A stretch of 51,943 nt of DNA, the filler included, from Streblomastix strix (lineage: Eukaryota): the NCBI GenBank assembly GCA_008636045.1. It is 3 parts of 3 records of this genome, joined end to end, with 100 filler letters (N's around TTAATTAATTAA, not from the genome) between each part and the next. Parts side by side here need not be neighbours in the genome. Positions count along the whole stretch, not along the records: positions 34,716 to 51,943 come from SNRW01000714.1; 2 more parts are not named here. One strand, 5' to 3'. Position 1 is the stretch's first letter. Every line of letters starts with the position of its first letter. Shown here in pieces: positions 37,719 to 51,205 of this stretch. Under the pieces are notes generated by a model. The model saw only the letters and a program-made list of their open reading frames with translations, was not told where the DNA came from and did no database searches. The position numbers were made by a program, and so were the translations under genes.

Positions 37719-39677
37719 TCATCCGCTCCGAACCATTGAGCCTCTAATCTCTCCAATTACCTCCATACTTAGCACTTATGGGTCAGGTGCATCATCAAAC
37801 ATAAAACGAACGACAGCATCACATAAATAGTGCATTAATGGCGTAAAATTAAGCAATAAAGGGCTAGGATAAGAGCGGGTAAAGCAAAATTATTTAAAAT
37901 CATTTTATTATTATTTTTCATTTATCAACATAGTGTCGTTAATTTCTCTTATTAAATTTCCATGTAAAATAACTTATATATTTGTTCTAGTTCCGAATTA
38001 TGTAGAGTTATATCCTCGTTGAAATGAATCATCAGTTGCTTATTTCCATGCTAGCATAAATTTATTAGGATACATTGTCTTAGTTGCTTTTGAACCTTTA
38101 TATAACGTAGTAGTATAAAATATGTTGCCGCCTCCATTAGGTGTTCCATAATATTGATTATCCCCATCGCGTATATTAGTATTTTCAAATGTTAATGAAT
38201 GATATAAATCGCTGGGGCACTTACCACATCCTATACAACAAAACAATCAAACATTTAGCTATTAACAATTTGCGTAAGTGCTTCGTATGGTGTAGGTATC
38301 ACGTGCCGCTAGTTAATGATTAAATCAAAGCCTTAAAACAATACGGGGAAAAACCAAGTAGGATATTAAGGCATCGCAAACGTCATAAATATTGATTTGA
38401 TATTTGAAAATGACATAATACTTTATAATGAATTACCAGTCTTGAAACCAACAAATGGATAGTTAGTGGATTACGCTCGCAATACTTGAGTTGGGAAATT
38501 AATCAATCTTTAGTTCCTTATGAGTTCAACAATTGCCTCTTCATTTTCCACGTTAAAACAAACATTTTAGATCTCTAATTTATTAAATTTTGCATTTTGT
38601 ATTTAACTGATTGTCTTTTATGGTTCTTTAGCATCCGCAGCAGAACCTGACATATTTACAATTCTAACGATATATCTTTCATAGTTAATAATATCTTCTG
38701 CTTGTGCAAGCATTAAATAAACTATATCTGGGTTCTCTGGTGGTATCATATGATAAGCTAGATGGTTATTTTTTACCATATCTGTTTTATTTAACCATAC
38801 AACTTTTAAATCTTGCAGGAAATCCTACATCCAGAGTTATAAATATAATGATGCGTAGTTTCTGGTCAATACAGGAAAAGAATTAAATATAGGGTTCAAT
38901 TAATTCAAATCCAAAACTCCACTAAACGTTATATCTTCAGGTATTAGATAATAATATTCTGTTTTGGGGGAAAGTGGAGGCCCTGCAGCTGTTGCTTTAG
39001 CATTAATATCGCTCATTTTCACGTCTATAAATACTCCACAGTGGCGTTTCCCTGCAATGATACTTTCAAGGGGTGATACACTGACGGAGTTACTAGTGCA
39101 TAAATCACTTAATGAGTTTGAACATATGACGGCTTGCTCTCTTGCATAAATTGATGTACCCCATAATTTCGTATTATCTTTACATATTGCAAATTAATTA
39201 AAAGGACCGCATGCAGTAGAGAATCCAAGCCAAAAGTGTAATAATTCTTCAGGATGATAACCTTATACTGCTTATGTCATTTTTTCGGCCGCTGCAGTTG
39301 GGTCTTCATCAGCATTAAAGTTATTAGCTGCGTTTGCAGTTGGGGCATCATCGACGTCAGCATCAGCGGCTTTATTTAATTATATTGTTAGTGTATTTTT
39401 TGGTATCGTAATTGTCCAATTTACCTAGCAAGTTTGAACCATAGAACAGGTAGCGGTTCCTCTAGCTGCAGGGGGGGGGGGCACGTGTATATTTTACACC
39501 TGTAGAAGTTAATAAATCCATGGGTTGGTCAAAGAATTATTATTTTGATATTTCGAATGATTATGCGTTTATGCTCTTTGTTTTCTATACCTCGCCCATA
39601 GCCATATAGCCACTAATATAGTCCGAGTGTTGCATTTTCGTCAATCTATTTAAATAATCGCTTGCTGAGAATGACGT
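37719..39677 (-). pseudogene. Probable major capsid protein (double jelly-roll); start mutated to ACG and frameshifted
   Basis: About 650 codons, beta-rich, with LHFWLGFSTACGPFNQFAICKD...AREQA and GVLDLNQLNPIFNSFPVLTRNY. The call rests on size, context and recalled similarity to metamonad Maverick capsids. Confidence 0.65.
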
Positions 39678-39784
39678 TTTTAAATAAATAAAAATAAATA
39701 AAAAGCACTCGCAAGCATTTACTTTTAAAATTTTTATTTTAAACTTATTTTTTATTTTTTTTTATTTTTTTATCAGGGTATAAA

Positions 39785-40351
39785 ATGACATAGGAAATAA
39801 TCGAATGGCAAATATTAATCGTTGATACTGATTATGAAATATTAACTGAAGAGCCGCATACAATAAAAAGAAGAAATAACAATTATATTCCAAAAATTTC
39901 AATAAATAATTGTGGGTATTAATAAATTAATTTATCAAATTAATTGTATTTATTGCACAATGTAATAGCATCATAGTTTATTCCAAATCCTGATAATTTA
40001 CCTTAAATTGACCATATAGACTAAAATAAATTAAATAATAGTATAAATAATCTCAGGTGGATTTCAACATCAAATAATTGCAAAAACAAGTCAAGTAATA
40101 ATAAAATAAAATATGAATATTTTGACGATTTACCAAATGGAAGTTAAAAATTAGATATATATAATGGACATGATTTAGAAGGTTATAGTTTTGATTAAGA
40201 ATTGAATGTATATTTCAATAAAGTGCTAAAATTTAGGAAATTAATTATTCGTTTAAAAGAATAAAAATATCAATTTATCAGTGTAAGAGATATATAGGAT
40301 CATAGGGTAGAGGTTTATTTAGACAGATTACGAAATAATAACTATGAATGA
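39785..40351 (+). CDS. HNH homing endonuclease-like protein (188 aa, intact)
   Basis: LHNVIASQFIPNPDNLPQIDHIDQNKLNNSINNLRWISTSNN is the HNH_3 signature. Confidence 0.9.
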
Positions 40352-40385
40352 TTAGATGCTTTTTTATATTTTTATTATAAAATAA

Positions 40386-40592
40386 ATGGGTTTTTCCTCA
40401 AAAATAGCAAATTTTGGTTCGAAGATACTTGGTGGCGTTAAGCACGCGGCGTAATGGGTTGCTGCTGCTCTCCATAAAGTTCTTTCAACTGTAGCGGGCC
40501 CCGTAGGAATGATTCATCCAGCCGTCGGGTCAACATTAGGCGCAGGTGCAGGACTGGCTGGGGCAGTTGATAGACTGGTAAATAAACGCTGA
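40386..40592 (+). CDS. 68-aa Gly/Ala-rich amphipathic peptide, candidate membrane-penetration protein
   Basis: MGFSSKIANFGSKILGGVKHAAQWVAAALHKVLSTVAGPVGMIHPAVGSTLGAGAGLAGAVDRLVNKR*. Confidence 0.75.
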
Positions 40593-40643
40593 CAGAACCA
40601 AATTAGGAACAATTAACGGAGATTTATTTTTATTTTTATATAA

Positions 40644-43005
40644 ATGGGTTTCCAGCCGCAGGCGGAGGCCGTGCCGACCTATTGAATCCATTTATGACTC
40701 TTTTATTAGTGGAAATTATATTTTTACAATTCATAAATGATAAAAAATAATCCAAGTCTATATTAATAATAGATTCGCGCAGTCCGTTAATTTATCAGAA
40801 ATGATATAGCTTAATATATCCAATACTCGAAACGTGGTAGAAATTCAGGTAGTGGCCAATTGTAAAATGAAAACTATTAATTATTTATAGATAATGATAA
40901 CGCTTTAGTTTATGCTGCCAATAATTAATTCATTGATGGCTAAGCTTCATATTTTGCGTTAAAAATTGCCGCTGATAGTTTGCTGACGGTATATAATTTA
41001 AAGGTTCTAAATTTTGATTTCGTTGCTTAAATTAATCAATTAATTAATGAAGTAAATTAATTATAATCTACTGTCGGATCTATTGATGCTGATATTGTTG
41101 GGGTAAAAAATGAGCTGCTGATTATACGACATGAACTTGCACGATAGCAGCATTTTAGGGGATATTATTTATTGAACTCAGATATAACTTCACTCCCTGA
41201 TTCCGCTGATGGAGATTTTGCATTCAGTGCCGAGAGTGGGACAGTATGGATGTATGATACTGCGTGGTATAATAGCGGATAAGTAGTTCCTGATTAAGTT
41301 TCTCCTGCCAGTGATGCGGTGCCATTAGTAGATAACGCAACAGGTGCTGCGGGTATTAGCACAGCATACGCCAGACGGGACCATTAGCACCCACTTTAAA
41401 TTTCCTCTGTCTTGCCTTCCGCTGATACAGCTACAGGTGAGGCGGGCACTGCTAATATTTATGTTAGATCTGACCATACCCATCATGTAAATCTAAGTAA
41501 TGATATACCACTAAAAGATTCAGGAACAGGATAAGCTGGATCGTCTTATATTTATGCCAGTGCTCAGCATTAACACCCCCCTAAAATCAATCCTACAGTT
41601 GTGAATGTGCCACTGGTAAATGCTACCGCTGCCGCTAATGGGATGAGTGATTTTTACAGTTGAAATGACCATGTGCATCCTCAATAATTAGCATATGACG
41701 GAAACATTACCGCAACTAAATTTATTAAGATTGGCGGATTGGCTACAGAAATTTTATGCGCTAATGGTGATACAACTACAATAGATAGCAAAATTTCTAG
41801 AACATACAACAGTAGTGGAGGTGGATGGATTAGATTATGTATATTTCCTGCTGGTTCTAGTGTTTGAAATCCATTCATCGAATTTAAAGTATATTCATAG
41901 TATAATGCTGTTCAAACAATTAGATTAGTACTTTATTATACTGCTAATGGAATCAATACTATATATATGGTATATTTACAGCTCCAACTAAAGTTAGTAC
42001 TAACTATGCTATAGATAATGGTGTAAATTAACTATTTCATACTCATTCTGGATCAGGTACATCAGCTATTTATTCAGTATATGTTAGAATAGAATCAACT
42101 ATTTCCATTATAATAGTGGTATCTGATTAAAGCACTTATTATACTAATAGAATAACAGAGATATTAACATAGGATGTAGTTACAACAGTATTAAGTGCAA
42201 CATAAATACCAATTACTTATGATTTAGGAAATGGTGGAATAATAAATAATATGATATAAGTTAATCCAACAGGTCGAACTTATGGTACATATAATAATGG
42301 TATTAGAATTGGAAACTATAACTCTGAATACTCTTCTTTATATTTAGGATGTTCAACTACAGCTATAAATACAACTCAAACAGGTTAATGGGAAATAAGT
42401 AAAACAAATGATAATGCGCTTACAATAAATCCATCATCTTTACGATTAGCTGACCATAGCGTGGGGCTATCGATTAACAGTGATAGTTCAATAATAAAAT
42501 TTAATGGTAATGAATTTGTGAATGTTGGAACTGATTAAACAATTAATGGAAGAAAACATTTGAAGGTACTACTTTAGGAAGTATTTAACTAAATCCAACT
42601 GATGTATCATACGGTGAAGGGATAAGAATAGCAAATAGTCCCATTTTTAATGTAAGCGCTATTTATATAGCAACATCGACTAGTTCATCAAGTGAAATTG
42701 ACGGATAATGGACAATAATAAAAAGAAATGCTGGCGAATTATATATATGTAGAACAGCTGACTAAAATATTGATAATACAGGACTAATGATCTCAGCCGA
42801 TGGAAACACATTAACATTCAACGGGTCAGTTATTGCTGGCGTAGGTGCAACGAATGGAGCAACTAATGGGTCAGTTAATTATTCAGCAGGAAATCCGATT
42901 TTATGGGGTGTAAATAGTGTAGGCACAGAAGTGGGATTTTATAGCAATGGAACAAATATATGATGGCGTGCTCGTCCAATAACATTAGGCTCTGTTCCTC
43001 CGTGA
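40644..43005 (+). pseudogene. Phage-tail-fibre-like protein with four HxH repeats; disrupted
   Basis: Repeats YARRDHQHP, YVRSDHTHH, YASAQHQHP and YS*NDHVHP, then ITATKFIKIGG...ILCANG. TGAs at 41661, 41865 and 42961, plus frameshifts. Confidence 0.75.
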
Positions 43006-43036
43006 AAACCAAAAGGATTATTTTATTTTTATATAA

Positions 43037-43480
43037 ATGGATAAGCCTATAAAATAATTATTTAATGAACTTGTTAAATGTCATTTTGAAAATGAGGATA
43101 CAATAAGAGTAGCCATCAATGCACTAAATAATTTGCTTATCAAAGAAAGCAAAGAGCCACATCACCCACTTTTGAAAGAATTACAGAGAATAAGTAAATA
43201 ATTTCTAAATTTATAAAATAAATTATAAAGCATAAAATAATAAGTTGATGAGGAGGAATATAAAAATAAACTATTTAATGAACAGGAGAAATATTTTAAA
43301 AATATATACAATTAAATTAAAAAATAATTGGATTAAAATAATCAACCCATGCTAATCAAAAAATATATAATATCCGAAGCTAATGAAATAGAGAAATAAA
43401 TATATGCTGACTTTGTGAATGATGCGTAAAATAGTAGCTTGGCCAATTATTATTAACTTTTTTTATCAAAAAAATGCTGA
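43037..43480 (+). CDS. Viral hypothetical helical protein (147 aa)
   Basis: TATAAATG start, open to TGA with TAR=Gln. Confidence 0.6.
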
Positions 43481-44532
43481 TCAATGATCAACTTCTTTTA
43501 AATTCATAAGTAAATTGAGATATTGGATATATTTAATGATTTCTATTGTTTTATCCCCGAGAGATTCCACAAATGTATAATGGTTTTTGAACTTTTAATA
43601 AATTTATTTTTCATCTTCATTTAAATTATTGTTTTCTATTAAAGCTTCAAATATTTTAAATATCTCGTAATCTGTTGCGTTATATTAAAGGCCGATATTT
43701 GTTGCCAATTAATAAATTTACTCCATTTATATATTAGATAAAATATAAAAATAAAATATTTCATATCCCGCATTATTATTATTCTGTTTTGGTTTCATCA
43801 ATATAGCTATTGATGGATTCATTTATAGCCTTCTTTTTATGATTCGATTATATAATTTGTTTTATGCTTATTTTCTATTCATTATTATTCGTATCATTAA
43901 TGAATATATATTTTTCGTTATATTTCCCGTATTATTTTAACTTTCTATAATATGTATAATCGCTGTTTTTGGCTTTGGTTAATTGATAGAATTGCAAGTT
44001 CCATAAACGGAGTTCATTAAATTATATGCCGTTGATCTAATAGATTAGTTGCCCGTCTTTCTTTACTTGGTCTTGGCTAAGGTAGAATTCCAGTTTCTCA
44101 AATTGATTTGTTATTTTATAGATAGATAAAAAAATAAAAAATATTAAAATCAAACTAAATATTTATCTGGGGAGTTTAATAATTTTAAATATAAAATATA
44201 ACGGAAATGCTCAGCTAATTCGGCATCCTTTTATGCAATCGCTTCGTTTAAAAGTGCCTCAATTTATTACTTTGTTAATTTATTCCAATGAATTATATTT
44301 TGATTCTTTCCCATTTTCCTTCTAAAAAAAATTATATTATATAAATTGTAATATTAAGGGGAACCAATACTATGTCTAAATACCCCCATGATTATTTGAT
44401 TAAATTAACTGTATCCGTTAATTTATCGGGTATCGATACGGATAAAATAGATATAATAAAATTGAAGCCATAAAACATATAATTCATACAGGCTATAATC
44501 AAATTCAAAATGTTCATTTTATCCAAATAAAA

Positions 44533-45549
44533 ATGATATTTTCAGATTTACAAAATATTTAATTTGCAAACTAAGATTTATTGAACGAGTATAAAACGCG
44601 ACCACAAACGAAAAATTCATTGTTCCTCGTCAATGGTAAACATTATATTGTTGGAGCTGTTGGCTCAGGTAAAACAACGCTTATGTCCAAGCTGATTGTT
44701 ATGTATAAAAAAATCATTGACCCATATATTATTTATTTCTCTAATTTTGGAGCGGACGAAACAATGGCCTTAAATTTAAATAGCAAAGGAATATAAATAG
44801 TGAATATAACATATGGCGAGGCTATGATTTTTTTGCCAGAGTTTGACGAGGTAAAATATAGCACTAAAGAGGTATAAACTTATTATAAGCTGCGGGAATA
44901 AAATTTTGATTACAATAGCGTTTTTATTAAACGAATGAAAGAAAAATTAATAGAAGCAAACCCAATAAAAAGAGATGAAAAACCATTAGTATATTTCGAT
45001 CGAATTGCAAAACTATTTTAATCTACAATAATAGAGACCATAAATAAATATTCATAACCTTTTGAAATCCTGAGGTTCAAAGTTCCCCCCGTTATTTAAA
45101 ATGTTAGCTATCAAAAGAAATTGAAAGTCATTGATGATAAATAAACAGCAGACATAAAAAATTAAAAATTCCTATCCTAAAAGATGCCCAGCTATTAAAT
45201 ACATTGATGTTGTTTGATGATATAGGATCCAATGCTGATATATATAACGTTTTAGTTCGTCATTATCTAAGACCATTACCCATTTAGTTAGTGATTCACA
45301 ACATAGTAAAAATACCATATTTTTTATAGCTTAACGGCCCAGTTATTTATTTAAGGCAGCAAGGATATTGTCGCATGTCATTTGTTTAGGAGTCAACCTA
45401 GGCGAGAGTGATTTGAAATAAGTATATGAGGAGAATAGCATACAGGGCCTAGACTTCGAAGAATTTTTATTATTATATAGCATTCTAAATAAATATGAAT
45501 TTATAGTTTAAACAAGTGGATCGGAAAATTTGAAATACTGAGGAATTGA
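44533..45549 (+). pseudogene. A32/FtsK-like genome packaging ATPase, frameshifted
   Basis: Walker A GAVGSGKTT, Walker B LMLFDDIG (~45205), and FFIAQRPSYL...ARILSH. The usual R-H motif reads SDSQH. Confidence 0.88.
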
Positions 45550-45601
45550 TAATAAATAACGTTTATTTTTTTTTATTTTTCATTTTATTATTTTATATAA
45601 A

Positions 45602-46444
45602 ATGGAATCAACAATAGCAACCACTAAATAAATTACTTCAAACAATCAGACTTTCACTATTGGCTCCTATATGATGTTCGAGATAATGTTACGAGATAAG
45701 GATGAATATATTAATGCAACTAAATTAGTAGCTTTAATTAATGAACGAGAACATATAAATAAATAATTAAAGAATATTACTCGCTCCCCTATGTATAGAG
45801 ATTATAAGTATTTTATGTTAAAGGGGGGCCAGCTCAATTTGAGCCAGCCCCCATTTGAATATTAACTAGTAAATGAATATATTAACGATGTAAGGGGAAC
45901 ATATATACATAAAGATTTAATAAATATAATATGTATGAAGACATCAATAAAATATTTATATATAGTCAATCAAATAATGGATTCAATTAATGAACGCATA
46001 TAATCATCTTATGATGATGTAGCAAGTATATAAGTCTTCGCTGAGGATAAGATTAATTTGGTTATTGAAGAATAATAAATAAAGATAAACGAATAAAATT
46101 ATGAAATAAAACAATAGAAACCTCGAGCTGTTCCTGATAGCTATTAAACCGATTATGTACTCGCTGTTCAAGTAGAAGATGACGATGAAAACTATAACGT
46201 AGTTCTTAATATCCGAAGGAGAAAAAGATATTGCACTAGTAATAAATTAATGAAAAAATTAAAAGAAAGTTTATTATTCTATGATAAAATACCTATATGC
46301 ATGTCAAAAAATTATGAGATAAAAAAGCAGCTCACATAAACATTTGGTGATAAAATAAAATTAAATTAATGCAGATACATCTTTAAACCCAAACTAATGG
46401 ATGAGGTCATTAATTTTATAAAGGGCAAAATGGAGAATAAATGA
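45602..46444 (+). CDS. KilA-N domain DNA-binding protein (280 aa, apparently intact)
   Basis: RDKDEYINATKL...RGTYIHKDL...SIKYLYIVNQIM, followed by a coiled coil. Confidence 0.88.
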
Positions 46445-46464
46445 AAAATTTTTATTATTTTTAC

Positions 46465-49400
46465 TCAATCAATTATATAATCATTAACTTTCAAGCCGAA
46501 AATATAAGGACAACAGCTTTAATCTTTTAATACTATTGCTTTGGTGTGTATGCCAGTGATTCTATTTTTTTCTGTATCTATTTTAGACATAATATAATTC
46601 TTCTGTCCCAGTCTCATATTTATTGCTTTTGTTATCGCTCAATCTTTGATATTATCCGCTATGTTTCATTTACTTATTTTTATTGTCTTCTAATTGACAC
46701 CTTTTAATTTTATCTTTTCTTTCTCACCAACTTTTATATAATAATTTTTAGGCGCTAGTGCAATCATTTCGGTTCCTTCATTTTCAATAGCCAAACCAAG
46801 TATTTTTTTCTCATCGAGTAAATCATTTTCTAATGTCGGGAAGTAATATTTTGCATTGTCATCATAAAATTATTTATCTTTAATTATGTAGTTAAATTAC
46901 TATTAATGTCCTGCGTCAGTTGAGCCACTAACCGCCCAATAAGCCGAATCAGTATCACCCTCTACGAAATGAAGTTTCGTCAAGTCAAAAGCTTTATGCT
47001 TAAAATTAAATATGAAATTTACATAATGATATTTAGCATTATTTAATACAAAATATGCTTCCTAAATTGGGGTCTTACATGTGCAGGTCTCGGGGTTCAT
47101 TTATACCGCGTAAGCATTATCTGATAATTATTATTCATTCATAAAAGAATTTGACAAATGAGACTTTAACGCTCTCTTTTTATCTAGTATTTATATATCC
47201 GTATATTTCTCCGTGTTCATTCCATCAAATCCATATGAGGAGTTCATGGATATTTTACAAAATTATTCTGGTCCTTTATTTACTTCTATTTTCGCTTATA
47301 TTCTCTTGCCTATAAATTCCTTGACGAACGGATTAAATCCCCCATGTTTATTAAATAAAATTAATTGTTTTACATTATCAATAATAAAATGACAGTCATC
47401 AATCAAGAATCATAAATAGTAAGAACTGAAGGACATAAACTAATCCATCGTAGATAATAGATTTGTTAATTTTCTTTATTTTTGGTATGTTTTAATGTTG
47501 TTATTTTTCATATGATTATAAATATAGGACCCAATCGTATTCTCGCTAGTGGTAAATGTATAATTTCATAAAATAGGTGGGAAATTAATAAAATTATTAA
47601 TATATTTTTTGTCGATGTGCCCCTTTAATTCAGCTATAAATAACTAATCTCTTCCATTAATGATATTCATTAATTTTTGTTTATCGTCAGTTCTTCCTAT
47701 CACGCTTCCTGCCATATATATTTTGCCACCAGTATATTTTATAAATTTATGCTACTCGGATGACATAACGCTGGGATATAAAGAATTGAAATCAACACCA
47801 GCAATATGAGAAATTAAATTATTTGAAGTTTGAACAAGAACTTTCTTAATCATGGAATCATAAACGAATTATTTTATTGTGTCTTTTCCTGCTATATTTT
47901 CCCTATGCATAACATAAGATAAGCCGCCAGTTATTCCATTAAGAATCATTTTATAATCTTCTATATTTGTTAAATTAATAAGGAGACATTTAAGCATGCA
48001 AAATCTGTGAAGTTAAATAAATAATCGGCATATATTTTTATCTTTATTTGAACAGTACTTATTGCAATAGAGGCAGCAAGGTTATACACTATCTTTTGTA
48101 TGTGGAAGCGCATTGTTCGTCCTATCTAATGTTGGCTTATTATTTACTGTAAATTTATCACCACAAATAGCACAAACAGAGGATTCGAGCAATTGCTTAA
48201 AATATTCGAAGTCATTAATGGATACGTTATTCCAATAATCACGTTTTTTAATTTGGTCTTGGAATCTATAACCATCTACTTTATACTTCCAATAAGAGGG
48301 ATATAAAACGAACTTATAAGAGTTGCCAATTACAGGGGATAATTAGCATTTATATCGAAGTCTTTATAAGCTAATGCGTATTTGATAGCATTTGCACATA
48401 CAGCTATGGACATATAGCTAAACATATCAATTTTATACTCCAGATTCATTTATATTAAATTATCTATTGGTGCTATCATTATTTTTGTATCCTGTTCATT
48501 ATAATACTATAAATAATCCCAACGATTTTTAAATTATTTTGCGTCCTCTAAATAAATTTTATATTCGTCTTCACTAATTAATGAGTTATTTAGTGTTGAA
48601 TTGAATGCTTCGATGGGGAATGGTTCCTTGATATTGAGGACATCATTAAAATTATCCGTGTTAATATATTCATATGGAAATACTCCTTTTTCATTGCCTT
48701 TTTTAATTAGAGAAATTTTAAGCAAAATCTTTCAATGTCATCGCCTGAACATAGACAATAATTTCACAAAATTTCAACTTGAATTATGAATGCTTGCGCT
48801 AAACAATAATTAATTTGGCTTATGATGAACTGCCAATATAGCTCTTTATTTCCCAGTCCAATGATTACAGATTTTTAAATATCAATGTAAAATCGAACTT
48901 TGTGCTATTGAATCCAACGATTGGAACCTCTAAGTCATATGGAATATGTGAGTCTTCATAAATATTATCAATCTAAATTTATTCCGCTTCTTTAAATATT
49001 TATTTGAGCCATTAATTAATAAAATCATCTCCATTTCTTAAATCAAAATAAATCGTTTTTATACCTTATTTATTCTTAATTGTCGAGGCCACAGAAAGAG
49101 GAACCAATTATGAAATCTGTTTGCTTGATTTGCCAAAATGTTTATTAATTACTTTCTCCACTGTTTCAAAATCATAAGTGATTTAGTAGTTCGTTGGTTT
49201 AAATTCGTTCTCTCTATTATTTGCTAGTAAATAAACGTATGTTTTGTTCTGCATTATATGAGTACAAAATGGCTTTTGGATAGCCTCCAGTTTTACCTCC
49301 TTTATTATTTTTCCTTCGTTAATTTCGCATTTTTTGATGGGTCTCTCATAATGTTCTACGAAATGATGTTCTTTAGGGTCGAATGCTTTTGATTTACAGA

Positions 49401-50798
49401 ATTGGCGAAATTTCAATCCCGTTAATATTTCTTTATTCTAGATATAAAAGGTATGAGTTTCGTTATCTGTTGATGAGCATACTAATACGTTAAACTCTGG
49501 CACAACCCCGAAGTGAAGGTCTAAAGACCTGACAGGCTCATCAATTGATTCATCGCTGGACTCCTTAACTGTTTCATCAATTGATTCATTAAAGTTAAAT
49601 GTCTTTAATTAATAACATATTTTTTGCTCTGTGTCATAATCATAAATATTTATATTAATTTTGTCGTCTTAAATGAACTTTTCAATCTCTGAATCAATAT
49701 CGAATCCTTTAAATTCTTATATCCATGATTAAAATTATTAGATGGATACTTTATAATATTTCATCATGTGCTCCTTTGCTATATGCTCGCGTGAATGTTC
49801 CCTGATTCTTTATAGAGGTGAATCTGGAAATTTAAATAAATTATAAGCATAGAACCAGCATATATTATATTTGCATCTTGTCGTTCTCAAACAGTTCTTA
49901 TGTCCCTATAAATGAAAGTCTATTAATTCTTTTATGCTGCTGCCTACGCGAAACTGTGGAAGAGCAAACGTTTTAATCATCATCAAATAAATGGCTATGA
50001 ACCACTATTTTGTGCTATCTAAATTAAAGTTCTACATCTCTATTATTTCTGATTTAACTTATTCCTTGTATTTTTTGATGTCTTACTCAGTGATTATAGA
50101 CTTGGGGAAATGCTTTTATGTTCTGGCTTCTTGGGGTAAAATATAATCGTATGACACTATTAAATTTCCATTTTTGTCTGAATTTTGCTTCTCATAAATT
50201 ACTCCAAAATCAAAGGTAATTTTAAATAGTTTATGATTCTGTTTTTAATATACTGAGTCAATAAATTTATTTCTCTCGTCTAATGAATAAATCAAATTAT
50301 TATAATATGTGCTGCTAATTTCTCCCTATATGTCTTTCTAAAATTGATACCCCTGCCGTGCTCTATCAGCTGTATCTATAAATTTGTCCCAGTCTGCAGG
50401 AGGGGAATAAAGCAAAGTATCAGAGTAATGATTTTGTATTTCATTTACTTACTCATTACCATATTTATTAATTTTATCGCTAATCTCTTCATTCTGTATC
50501 ATGTCAATATAAAGCTGAGGTAATTTGAAAGCGTTTTTGTCTCAAAAAAGTTCTGAGGCTTAGTAAATTATTTAGTCTCATTTAAAAAATGCCTTTGGAT
50601 TTCTTGCTCTTGTTCAATTCGTTTATTTTAGGCATCAATGAATTTATTTAGTGCATTAAAATTATTCCTTCCACGTTTGGGAAAATTAAATTCGTTTAGT
50701 TTTTGGTCAAGCAATTATTTTAGTTCATTTCTTTTTAATTTGCTTTTAACGTTTGAACCTAATAATTTGATGATTTCACTTTTCTTTAAGTATGGCAT
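46465..50798 (-). pseudogene. Protein-primed family B DNA polymerase (pPolB), disrupted
   Basis: ExoI YDFETVE, ExoII GFNSTKFD, KGVFPYEY, ExoIII YNEQDT, motif A DFNSLYPS, motif B KISMNSSYG, motif C EGDTDS, ALAPKNY. In-frame TGA at 47410-47412 and frameshifts near 48720-48870. Confidence 0.93.
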
Positions 50799-50869
50799 AT
50801 TTTTTATAAATTAAAAAAATAAAAAATATATAAATAAATTTAGTTAGGATAAAATAAATATAAATTAAA

Positions 50870-51180
50870 TCAATCTAACATAAATTCTTAGTTTATTATG
50901 TCAAATTCATTTTTCAATTCTGGATAAGCTTGATATAAAACGTCAATGATTTCTTTATTTAAATATAGTCGTTTTTTATATAATTTTATATAATTTTATG
51001 CTTCATCAATAATTTCATTAATGGGAACCTCTATTTATAAAGCACTTTGCCATGGCCCCACTGTTTTTTTTGTTTCTGGGTGAATTATTTAATCTTTATA
51101 TTAGTTTATCCTTTTGATACAAAACGCGTATTCTATTGCCGCCGTTTAATAGTAATCGATTTTTTATTTAATTTATCCAT
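50870..51180 (-). CDS. Small viral hypothetical protein (frameshifted)
   Basis: TAAATG start, ending ...LYQAYPELKNEFDIINQEFMLD*. Confidence 0.45.
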
Positions 51181-51205
51181 TTATGATAAATAAAAATAAT
51201 TTAAT

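Noticed and set aside
36814..47412. TGA reassigned to Trp or Sec in the viral genes
   Set aside because: The internal TGAs replace different expected residues (Gly, Arg, Trp) and co-occur with frameshifts, which indicates decay.
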